Below are positions 53,060 through 64,000 of a stretch of DNA of 64,000 bases, piece by piece. The DNA comes from Octopus sinensis (Eukaryota). The notes below the pieces were generated by a model. It did not search any database and had not been told where the DNA came from. It saw only the letters and a list, made by a program, of their open reading frames with translations. The stretch lies in NCBI RefSeq assembly GCF_006345805.1, contig NC_043003.1, positions 9,486,001 to 9,550,000 on the forward strand, given 5' to 3'. The position numbers were made by a program, and so were the translations under genes. Positions within the stretch are counted from its first letter, which is position 1, and each line of letters begins with the position of its first letter.

Positions 53060-53240
53060 AATATCGGTTTCAAATGTTGGCACAAGGACAACAATTGAGG
53101 GGAGGAGGCGAGTCGATAACATCAACCCCAGCACACTACTTACTTTATCGACTCTGAAAAGGTGAAAGACAAAATCAACCCCGGTAGCATTTGAACTCAG
53201 AATGAAAAAAAGACTAATGCTACTAAGCAGTTTGCCAGCT
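53060..53240 (-). mobile_element. SINE family B, diverged
   Basis: Reverse-complement core (TTTATCGACTCTGAAAAGGTGAAAGACAAAATCAACC). Confidence 0.7.
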
Positions 53241-53329
53241 TGCAGCTTTAAATAATAATATGAATGATAATGGTAATGATGATGATGCTGTTGTGGTTGA
53301 TGTTGCGGAGACTGGATAATTGCATGAGC

Positions 53330-54450
53330 AAAGGTTTCGTCGCCCTACATACATCTCGAATACGCTGGCTATTTTTTACTTCTATACCAGTTGAAACTAA
53401 GTCGAACAGCTAGTACTCATGGCAGTACTGACATTTTAAGGACATTTGGAAATAGTTCCTTGTCCCTGACTTAAATGTTTTCCAGAGGAGACTGCTTACA
53501 CTGTTCCCATCGTCGCTCAGAGTACTTTCCAAGCTATTGCTCATCCCAACTACTAATTATATAGAGAACGCAATATATTTTCTTGACGTCAGGGTCCAGT
53601 TAGCAAACTGCTGTGAGTACCTGATAATAATGTATCAGGTTCCAAGCGCCCAACCTCAGTATAAGTTGACTCATGATTGCAGCCAGGTCAGTAACGGAAG
53701 ACGTGTCTTGCGAAAGGTGTTCATACTAGTTCTACTTAGTTTTCGTCGTCGCCGTAGCCGTAGCCATAGTCGTCGTCACTGTCATCCAGGTCGCAGGTAC
53801 AGATATTCCTACAGGTGTGCTAACTTCAGTGCGTGCCTGCGTATCATTAGCAACTGCATCTCGAAACCATCATGAACCTGATACTTGTAGTAGGTGAATT
53901 TCCTGACCAAACTTGTTTGCTCCATAAGAAATGGAGAAGCTTAAGCTTCAGTCTGGTCAGATATTTCTTAGGACAAGGGTAGATGGTCAGGTGATAACAT
54001 ATCACCCTTGCGATCAAAGTGTTCACCACTTTGATACCTTTGAGGATATATGCGCTACGGAAGTAGCAGAAGTCGTTTCAGTCGTATAAGTTGTTTCATG
54101 ACGATATATGCAGCTAAGGGCGATTTTAAGAACATTTTGTATTTGTTTTATTGTGGGAAATGTCTGTGTATTAAATTTAGAAGGACCTTCATTACCTATA
54201 TTAGACTTACTGCTGAAGGAAAGGAGTATGTAAATCCAGTGATCTTCATTCGCTTCGTTCTTGAGCTGGTGACCCGGCAAGAGTTATATATGACCTTATC
54301 TTTGATCTCACTCGTCACAAGGATCTCGTTGTATTCAGGAGTTACCCCAATGAAGACCATATTTGTTGAATAATAAGCTTTCTCCTGATTTTAGAACATT
54401 AATGGTTGTGATTGGATCCTACGTTAATATTTGTGATTTTCTCATTGTTC
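53330..54450 (-). mobile_element. L1/Tx1-type LINE ORF2 fragment, heavily decayed
   Basis: VVNTLIARVICYHLTIYPCPKKYLTRLKLKLLHFLWSK resembles the Tx1/L1 post-RT segment (N.L....Y......P.......F.W). Confidence 0.5.
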
Positions 54451-55844
54451 TTTAAAAATATTAGAACTAAGGTCTCCTGTGATGTCCAGTAAGTGGATGA
54501 TTCTATGATTAGTAGTATACTCAGTTATTTTCACAATGAGTGATCTGAATATAATAATTTATTTTCTTAACCTAATTAACGTGTACAACATTTGCAGCTG
54601 GAAAGTACTTGCGCTTATCCCCTGAGCAAACAGGGGATTATGTCCTATAATTTTCTTCAGAACCCTTCCAGAATTTGTTTATTCCCTTTATTTCTCACTC
54701 TTCTCTCCACCACTCCACTCCCGCCCGCTCTCTCTCTCTCATAGTAAACACCTGATTACTATGTATGTGAACATGCATGTGAGTGTGTACATATGTTTGT
54801 ATGTCACAAATATAGAGAACGCGACAAGGAATATAATTCCTTCCGACAAAAATAGTGTTTTGAACACGGTGGCGATTAACTTTCGGACTGACATAGCAAT
54901 AGTTTTGTGTGGGGTTCAAGTCTCACAGCCGGATGTGAATCCAAATATGCTTCGGACTTTAAAATAGTAGTTGCTTATCTTCTGTCTCAGAACTTTAAAA
55001 AATTTGAATAATGCATATACGCATGCGCACATGAATATTTTTGTGTATTTACTTTGCGTACATACTTCCACACACTTACACACAAAAACATACACACGCA
55101 AACACACAAAGACACACAACACATGCACACAAACATACATACAAACACATACAAACATACACATACATACAGAAACACACACACACACACAAAAACACAG
55201 AGAAACAGACACGTACACAAGCACACACTACCACAGTTACAAAACCTAGATAAATTTATTCGTATGCGTATCATATATTTCTGTACTTGTACACTCATAC
55301 GCTATATCGTTTCATTTCAGACATATGCAGAGACTTCGTACTGGAAATACATGGGCACTGTAAAGAAAAAATCACCTGGATTCGACATCAAATACAACAA
55401 ATAGATATACTTCGGAATTTCCATACTCATTCCGGAATAAGACTTCATCCAGTATATTTACAAAACACAAACCACACAATTCCATGACACGTACTAGATG
55501 CACAAGAGCTCTCTTAAATCTAAATTTCTTCCTTCTAATATCACTTCTACTTAAACACCTTAAACTAGGTTCATAGAAATTATTGTGGTTGTTAATGTTG
55601 TAGTTATAAATGTTTATACTCTATTATATTAATTTTTCTTCGCCCGATTCCAGAAGGCAACAATTCAAATTTCATCTAAGTAACGTAGTACCAAGTCACT
55701 TACAAGTTGCCCTTTCCTCTTGAAATAAATAGTCAACGAACGAAGTTTATTAACCATCAAGATATCATCCATCAAGCTAAGAACAAACCAATTAGCCTAT
55801 GAATGTTTTGAGACAACCAAGAAGCCTACCAGTCAAGAAATTAA

Positions 55845-55977
55845 CTAACCAACAAATCAACCAATAAACCAACCAATCAACTAACTAACTAATCAATCAA
55901 CCAACCAATCAACCAATCAACCAATCAACTAACCAACCAACCAACCAACCAACCAACCAACCAACCAGCCAACCAAG
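55845..55977. repeat. (AACC/AATC)n microsatellite
   Basis: Read directly. Confidence 0.93.
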
Positions 55978-56669
55978 AATCCATCAATCGAGGAACCAAG
56001 TTTACCCTTCTACTTACTTAGCTTTCCACCAACCTGCCTACTTACCTACTCTCCCCACTAATGGCCAGTTTATCTTAACGCTATCTCCTTCATATAATCT
56101 CCACCAAAAGCTATCGTAAAACGAAGTACACAGAAAACTCTAAGCAAAATTAATACTACTCTTATATCAACTTACCCGCAATGTCCTCTCCCATCCCGCC
56201 TGGTGATAGGAAGAATAGTGCCATCAGGGTAAGTGCAATAAGGGTAAGTGTCGCACTGTTTTATGTTTGCACATCTTTACACATCCATCACTCTCATAAT
56301 GAGGCGGAAGAGATTTTTTTTATATATATAATCGTCTGCTTATATATGCATCGAAATGACTATCCATCAATATAAAACAAATTCTATTTAATTCCCAACA
56401 CAGATACATGCATACGCACAAACGCACACCGACATAGATATGTGTATGTGTGTTGCAACACACACACATACACACACACACACACACACACGGACACACA
56501 CACACAAATTCAGTGAATGCATGTGGTTTGACAGGCTGGGGACAAGAGGATCACCATGTGTCCTTTTCCCTAGTGACATGTCAATTCTGGAGAACCTATG
56601 CTTTTGAAATTTCCATCCCACCTTTGCCACAAGGAAGATTCTTTCTTCCTTCTGGAAGCAAGTATAATT

Positions 56670-56880
56670 TATTCTTTTCTACTCTAAGCACAAGGCCCAA
56701 AATTTTGGGGGATGGGCTAGTCGATTAGATTGAGCCCAGCTCGCAACTGGTACTTAATTTATCGACCTCGAAAGGATGGAAAACAAAGTCGACCGTTTCA
56801 GAATTTGAACGTAAAGACAGACGAAATATCAATAAGCATTTCGCCTGGCGTGTTAACGTTTCTGCCAGCTCACCTCCTTG
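56670..56880 (-). mobile_element. SINE family B
   Basis: Reverse-complement core and head (TTCTGCCAGCTCACCTCCTT). Confidence 0.85.
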
Positions 56881-58144
56881 CAAATATAATTTATTGCAAA
56901 AGAAATGCATGAAAATGATAAGTGTATGGAAATTACAAAAACACTCCTTCGGTATTATCTTGATTTCTAATCATAAAATTATAAGGATATTTTAAAATTT
57001 TCCTTCCTCTTCATACATTCGGATAAGTAGGGACACACCCAACCATATGCACAACAAAGCACATAGTCACATATATTGATGGATAGATTAAATGGTAAAG
57101 TGATTTATACAAATATATTGATAATTTATAAAAACGTTACTATTCCTTCACGCTTGTAATTATGACACGTTAATCTACATTCTTATTTTTCAATAGATAG
57201 ATAGAATTGTTGATTGATCGATCGATCGTTAGATAGATAGATAGATAAATACATAAATACATAAAAACATATAAGTAGATGAACTTTTAAAATAATACTT
57301 AGAGTTCTACTAGCAGTGGTTTAAAACATTGGGTAACATTCCTATTAATAATCAAATTAAATACTATAGCAGAAACAAAATTATTAGATAACAACTGACA
57401 GCAGAAAACAAAATCGTTTTTCGTCAGAGTTGTACATTCAAGACTCAGTCAGTGATATAGGGTTAGCTTGGGGATAATGATACACTTTCTCATAGAAATT
57501 AACGTAGATTTGAAATGTTATCATCATACCTAAATTTACAGATATAATTAAAAAGCAGAGTAAATTACTAGAAAACAATTACTGTTATTGTAACATTCAT
57601 CTAGTGCATAATGCGTAAACAATAACCTGTAATTCAGATTATACACATACACATACACACGCACAAACACATGTGCATTAGGATAAAAAATATCCTTTAG
57701 GACAAGTTGAGATTCTGATCAAAATATATTAATATTTCCAATGAAAATTGTATCGATAACTTTCTTCCATAAGCAGCTTGTGGGTTGTTAAGCTCGAGTA
57801 AATTATGTGCAAAACCTGACAGGATAGTTAGCTAGCAAATATCCAAGTCTCATTTATATTCTCGTATTGGTTATAGCTGTACAAATTGCTTTAGGTGGAT
57901 AATATAACATAAGGAAAGAAAAGAAGGATCCAGCCCATACCTAATAACATCAAATCCTTTGTTGTTAATGTCCGCGATTTAATATTGCAGGGCAACGGAA
58001 CTATGCATAGAATTCTTTAAAATATGTCATGCACTCATTTTCATGTGAGCAACAAATGACTAGAATAAGGAAATGCATGTTTGTCTTAGTGAATATGGAT
58101 AACAGCATCACTCCTATAGATAAACTAAAGCGTAAATACTAGAC

Positions 58145-58485
58145 CAGAGGTTCTCAACCATTTTTTATCCATGGATCCCCTTGATTACTATTTTATTTGG
58201 GTGGAATCTCATAACCATTCAATATTTAAAAACTTCTTTAAAAAATTCCTAGTTTGTTTTCACACATTAACGTCTATAGGTTGAACTATGTAAAATGGTA
58301 GAGAGAGAAACTTAACTGTTTTTCACGATATATACCAATACATACATCTAAAGGAAAATAATTTTTAAGAGGCCCTTGAAATACTATTCTTGATCTGCAG
58401 TTTACTATTTTGTTGCATGGGACCCCTACCCCCAAATCTTACAGGTGCCCTCAGGTGTCATATGGTCCCCGGTTGAGAACCACTC
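58145..58485. mobile_element. hAT (Charlie-like) MITE
   Basis: TIRs CAGAGGTTCTCAACC and GGTTGAGAACCACTC; left flank TACTAGAC resembles the Charlie target; TSD not preserved. Confidence 0.65.
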
Positions 58486-59004
58486 CACCAGCCGACTAAA
58501 ATCCAACATGTGGTTTTAATTACTTTCATATATTTTAGAAATTATTTGATGTTTATGCAGTTAATCAAAGTTTTGTTTATAAATTTCTACAAATTAATTA
58601 TAATACCAGCAAATCACTTTGTGACAAATTGTCACAATTTATATCACAAAAATGCACAAAATCACTTGGCATCACTTCATCACTCAGCATCACTAAAGTT
58701 CTCTAAAGTCACATCACCTATGAGAAATAGCACAAATTATGTAAAATATTTGATTATTTAGTTATAATTTAATTGTTTATTAATTAATCCCTATGATGAT
58801 TGACGTGGACATAAACCCTTTTGTAGTTTCCTTATAGATTAATCTCTAATAATCTTTCCAGCTCATCATATTTTACATTGATAACTAAATGCGTTGCATT
58901 ATTTATCGTAGATTAAATAACATTGTAGTTGATTAAATATTTAATTAAACGTAGATGCCATATATGTGCCAATATAATAATTCAATTACATATATCAATT
59001 AATT

Positions 59005-59047
<43 letters not shown>

Positions 59048-59854
59048 GCTGATGTTATTACATTTAATTAGATTATTTCTACTCTGCTGGTCGTCCAAAG
59101 TTAGCCTGTATCATTTTGGGTAAAAAGAACCATTCAATTAACCAGGTGACTGCTTCACGAAGGCCGATTGCTTATAATAGACACCCATCTAAAACGTAAC
59201 AATGAATGATGTTAACATGAAATTCATATTTGACAACTATTTATTAGAACCAGTAAATGGGTTGCAGATAAACGATTCTGACATTTTGTTCCTTCGTGTT
59301 AGTATTTAACACAGTTAAGTTACATATAAGATAATGTAAATAATAAATTAAAGAGATATACACTATCTTTCAATGTAAATTTATTCAGATTTATTCAGAT
59401 TTCAAGTTAACAAAATTTAACTAATCTTCTCATTAAAGATGTTATCGAAAGAGGTAATGTTTATACCAAAAGATATTCAGACATTTTTCCAGTATTCGTT
59501 GCTAAATAATGATGCAGAAATTCTTATGTATAACTATTTCTTTAATATTTACACATTTTGTTTTCTGCTTCGACGAACTAATTACTTTTCGCAACGAAAA
59601 TGTATCTCACTACAAAATACTAAATAATTTTTTTAATTAATGCTGGAAACAGTATGAGAGATTGGATTATTCTACTCAATACTTTAATGCTATTCTATTA
59701 AAATAAATACAAACAAGATTTCTACTACATGCACTATGTCTGTGAATGTATGTTGACACTTCAAATGCGGGCATTCTCGATCATGTTTATTAAATGATAT
59801 AGTTAGTAACAAGAAATAAAGAACAAAAATACAACAGTCAAGTAACATCTATAA

Positions 59855-60066
59855 TATTGGTTTCAAATTTTAGCACAAGGCCAGCACTTTTAGGGGTGGG
59901 GATTAGTCGATAAAAGTAACTCCAGCATTCAACTGGTATTTATTTTATCGATCCTGAAAAGATGAAAGCCAAAGTCGACCTGGGCGGAATTTTAACTTAG
60001 AGTGTAATAACGGACAAGATGCCGCTATGCATATGGCCCGGCGCGCTAAGATTCTGCCAGCTCGCA
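59855..60066 (-). mobile_element. SINE family B
   Basis: Reverse-complement core and head. Confidence 0.82.
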
Positions 60067-60103
60067 GTCTTGACAACAATAGTAATATTAAGAAAAACGT
60101 AAT

Positions 60104-60104
<1 letters not shown>

Positions 60105-60154
<50 letters not shown>

Positions 60155-60190
60155 AATACAACTACTACAGCTGCTGCTGCTGCTGCAGCT
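60105..60190. repeat. (CTA)n + (GCT)n trinucleotide repeats
   Basis: Read directly. Confidence 0.95.
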
Positions 60191-60299
60191 GCCACACTGA
60201 CTGTAACCAGTGAAGGAAAATCGTGACATTTTTAAACATAATCTCTTCCGCCTCTACATACATTATCTACTTCCTGTATACATACATACACATATATAC

Positions 60300-60404
60300 A
60301 TACATGCATATATATATATACATATGTATGCGTATGCATATATATATATATATGTATATGTGTATATATATAGATATGCATATGTGTATATATATATGTA
60401 TATG

Positions 60405-60455
<51 letters not shown>

Positions 60456-60456
60456 C

Positions 60457-60536
<80 letters not shown>

Positions 60537-60557
60537 CACATATATATATATATATAT

Positions 60558-60595
<38 letters not shown>

Positions 60596-60596
60596 C

Positions 60597-60644
<48 letters not shown>

Positions 60645-60650
60645 GCACAT
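60300..60650. repeat. (TA)n-rich microsatellite
   Basis: Read directly. Confidence 0.97.
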
Positions 60651-61152
60651 ATATGAAAATGTATCGATATATGTATTAATATATACATATCTTTCTGTAA
60701 TATTTATATGTATTTATATATTAATATATATGTGTGCTTGCGTGCGTGTGTGTAAATAATAGAAAAGAAGCAGTGTTTCACTTTTAACACTGATTTTGAA
60801 TATATGAATTGCGTAAGATTATCAAAAAGTGAGGTTCGTAATGAGAAAAAAAATGCGAAAATGTCTTATTTAGTTTGGTTCCTTACAAATGAAAATTTCC
60901 AAAGGTATGTATCCAAGGCATGTGTTTGCTATTGTTTGAACGCCAAGCAAACAGGTATGTTTAGACACGACCAGTTTGCACGGCTGCTTCCCTAACCAAA
61001 TCACTAAAATTTCACGATATGCACAGAAAATAGCAAATGGTATACGAATAGAATTAAGTTCATATTTACATATATACATATATAATCATACATACATACA
61101 TGCTTACAGACACACACACACACACACACACACACACCACACACACACATAT

Positions 61153-61551
61153 CAGGCACGTGCCGTCAGTAATTACTCAGGGTAGGCAGTTGTTGACCTT
61201 TATGTAATAAAACGCACAAAGAATAAGCGAAACAGGCGTGCGACAGAGTTGATGGCAGATTTACTTCTGCCTTTAGAGCACGTAAAGCAAACAGTGTTGT
61301 AGGAGTGTACGCAGCACGTGTACTACAGCACTAGTAGCTTAAATACGGAGGTTGAAAAGCAGGAGCGAATTATGCCTACCTAATCTACAAAAAATACAAT
61401 ATTTTGCATTTTATGCATAGTAATCAGATTAGCTTTCGTAAATTTTATTGAATTAGGTGCATATTTTGTCATAAAATGAAAATGTTGCTATCGATCTATT
61501 TTATTCAAGGTAGGCACTGCCTAGCTTGCCCACTTAGGCGGCACGTCTCTG
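61153..61551. mobile_element. hAT-like MITE, about 400 bp
   Basis: Imperfect TIRs CAGGCACGTGCCGTC and GGCGGCACGTCTCTG; subterminal GGTAGGCA motif near both ends. Confidence 0.55.
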
Positions 61552-62754
61552 ATATACAGATTTACATATAAATGTATATATGAGTGTACATGAAAAACCA
61601 TGTGTGTTTGTGTTCGTGCGTATGTGTGTATGTGTGTGTATGTAGTGCAGTGCCTGAGTGTAGGTTATTATGTATAACATAAATAAAACACAAACAAATA
61701 TATATTGATTAGATTTTAGTCATTCGCACATGATCAATATTCGCATGTTTTAGATATTGCCTGTATAGAAAAACCGTTCCGTTGCAGAGTGAGAATATTC
61801 CCGCTTAAACATGTAGTAATTTGTGTACATGCCAATCAAGTACATTATCAAGTACATAATCGTTGTAGATTAGTAAACCAATTCATAAATACCGACAAAA
61901 AAAGAAAGAAAAAAATCGAAGAAGAATTTGCAATATTAACTGAATTCCTTTTCATGAAGCTACCTCTAGAATTCAGATTTATCTGTAAAGAAATTCGGAA
62001 ACGTAATTGAAAAATAAAATAAAAGTTTGTACGTAACTTAGTTTAGTTATCAAATATTGTAAATTATTGTATGTATATTTTCTGATAATGACATTTTAGT
62101 TAATTTTCAATAGTATGCTTGTCGATTACAAGCCGTGGTTTATTATTTATTGGAGACCCACATAAAATGGTTACTTTCTCAGAAGCCTGCTATAAGTTTA
62201 TATACACAAATCATGCTCATACAAATAATAACCATATGTACAGGCACACACGTACACAAATGCACGTACGCCCACATACAACACACATGCACGCGCTAAA
62301 GCATACACATATGATTGTGTGCACATAAAAGCACAGTATAAACATGTATGAATAATAAATAGATACATTTAAATTTTTATTAGAGTAACATTGTCGAAAA
62401 TATATCATTTACCTTTCTCTGTGGATATCAATTCGTAGCAATTAATTAATTAACTGTTTTCTCATGTTAAAGTTTATAATAAATTCATCAAAAATCCGGA
62501 ATATTTCATTATATCGCTGCTGTAAACCATGTTTAATTTCTATCCGTCTAGTTATCAATGCATAATTTATTTTTGTATGGTATAGGGTACATAAAACCAA
62601 ACATACAAATGCAACAATATTCTTCTATCTGTCTAGTTAACTAACATTACGATAGAAGTAGCTATTACTTCATAATACGCTCTGACAGGTCAAATTGTGA
62701 ATATATGATCGCCGTTGTTTGTTTACCGTCATCGGAGAACATCTCTTCTCTTCA

Positions 62755-63010
62755 GACAATGGCTAAGGTGTTGCGCTCACGATTCCCAGAATGGGCGGTG
62801 TGTTCTTGAGCAAAGCTCTTCATTTCACATTGCTCGGTGATCATTTCGACACCTGTCCTGTGACTCCCAGTTGCACCTGTACAGGTAATGTCGATTTGAA
62901 GGAGGGGTGAGCTCATGTCTGCACAAACATTTGATCACTATAAACAAATCATCTGTATTGGTTGCTCGATAAGAAATTGTCGAACCCTCATATGTCGTCT
63001 AACGACTGGA
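62755..63010 (+). mobile_element. Degenerate tRNA-derived SINE (additional family)
   Basis: CAATGGCTAAGGTGTTGCGCTC head; TTCTTGAGCAAAGCTCTTCATTTCACATTGCTC central motif. Confidence 0.5.
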
Positions 63011-63028
63011 AAGTCAATCACAAACATC

Positions 63029-63119
<91 letters not shown>

Positions 63120-63120
63120 G

Positions 63121-63171
<51 letters not shown>

Positions 63172-63172
63172 G

Positions 63173-63223
<51 letters not shown>

Positions 63224-63413
63224 TATGTGAAATAGAAAGATGAATAATCTTGTAGTAGATTAATCAAAAGTTTAACCGATACCTTAGTAGCAAAAATCAC
63301 AGCAGTAAACACACGGTTGGAGGTACAACCATCTGGCGTTGCAACCGTGCGTTGGTGCGGATAATTGAAATTAAAACATTATTGGTGAATTGAAGAAATG
63401 GAGCTGAACGCAG

Positions 63414-63746
63414 ATTGAACAGAAATCGTTTTATTTCATTCTACACGTGTTTCGAAAGGCACAAATTACCAAAATCCGATTGAATATGGGACCATATTGT
63501 GTCTTTCTCTCAGGAAGAAAAAGGAAATCCGTTGGAAAAACAAAAACAGAACAGAGGCGGAGCATGGGCTCTTAGGAGCATAGTTCGATTTGTTTTTGCT
63601 CCGCCTCTGTTCTGTTTTTTTTTTCCAACGGATTTCCTTTTTCTTCCTGAAGAGAAAGACACAATATGGTCCCATTATTCAATCGGATTTTGGTATTTGT
63701 GCCTTCGAAACACGTGTAGAATGAAATAAAACGATTTCTGTTCAAT
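63414..63746. repeat. Fold-back inverted repeat (about 150-bp arms, 32-nt spacer) of a PLE terminus
   Basis: ATTGAACAGAAATCGTTTTATTTCATTCTACACGTG...CACGTGTAGAATGAAATAAAACGATTTCTGTTCAAT; near-identical arms. Confidence 0.93.
63641..63725 (+). ncRNA. Type-I hammerhead ribozyme with canonical core and long stem II
   Basis: UUC-CUGAAGA-GAAAGACAC...GUGCCUUC-GAAAC-ACGU-GUA-GAA; palindromic loop III, GUA triplet. Confidence 0.75.
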
Positions 63747-63767
63747 ATATGTATATATATATAGATG

Positions 63768-63816
<49 letters not shown>

Positions 63817-63990
63817 GTATATATATGTATATATATATATATATATATAGTATATCCATATATATGTATATCCATATATATATATATGTATATGCATATA
63901 TATATGTATGCATATATATATGTATATGCATATATATGTATATGCATATATATATATATATATATACATACATATATATATATATATATG
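63747..63990. repeat. (TA)n/(TATG)n microsatellite
   Basis: Read directly. Confidence 0.97.
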
Positions 63991-64000
63991 TACAAATGCA

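Noticed and set aside
60210-60759. Long YI/IY/CV/HT-repeat ORFs here and throughout the ORF track
   Set aside because: They are translations of (TA)n, (CA)n and (TATG)n microsatellites, which lack stops in some frames; not genes

Overview
AT-rich, microsatellite-saturated animal DNA with one 100-N assembly gap (21477-21576). The SINE families and repeat landscape look like an octopus or other coleoid cephalopod genome; this is inferred from pattern recognition, not a database match. No intact host gene could be identified, and most ORFs in the supplied track are microsatellite artefacts. The window is dominated by mobile DNA: three main tRNA-derived SINE families (about 30 copies) plus minor ones, a 5'-truncated Penelope-like element (PLE) with an open RT + GIY-YIG ORF, a second decayed PLE, several solo PLE terminal repeats, R4/Dong-type, RTE and L1/Tx1-type LINE fragments, three non-autonomous Helitrons and two hAT-like MITEs. 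Most interesting signals: (1) at least six minimal type-I hammerhead ribozyme motifs in PLE termini, including two palindromic fold-back copies; (2) a diverged, convergent inverted pair of exon-like segments at 23.6-25.7 kb with codon-level conservation and a weak YWTD beta-propeller resemblance; (3) several long inverted repeats that could be ADAR substrates; (4) a few low-confidence small exon candidates on the + strand. Many boundaries are approximate.
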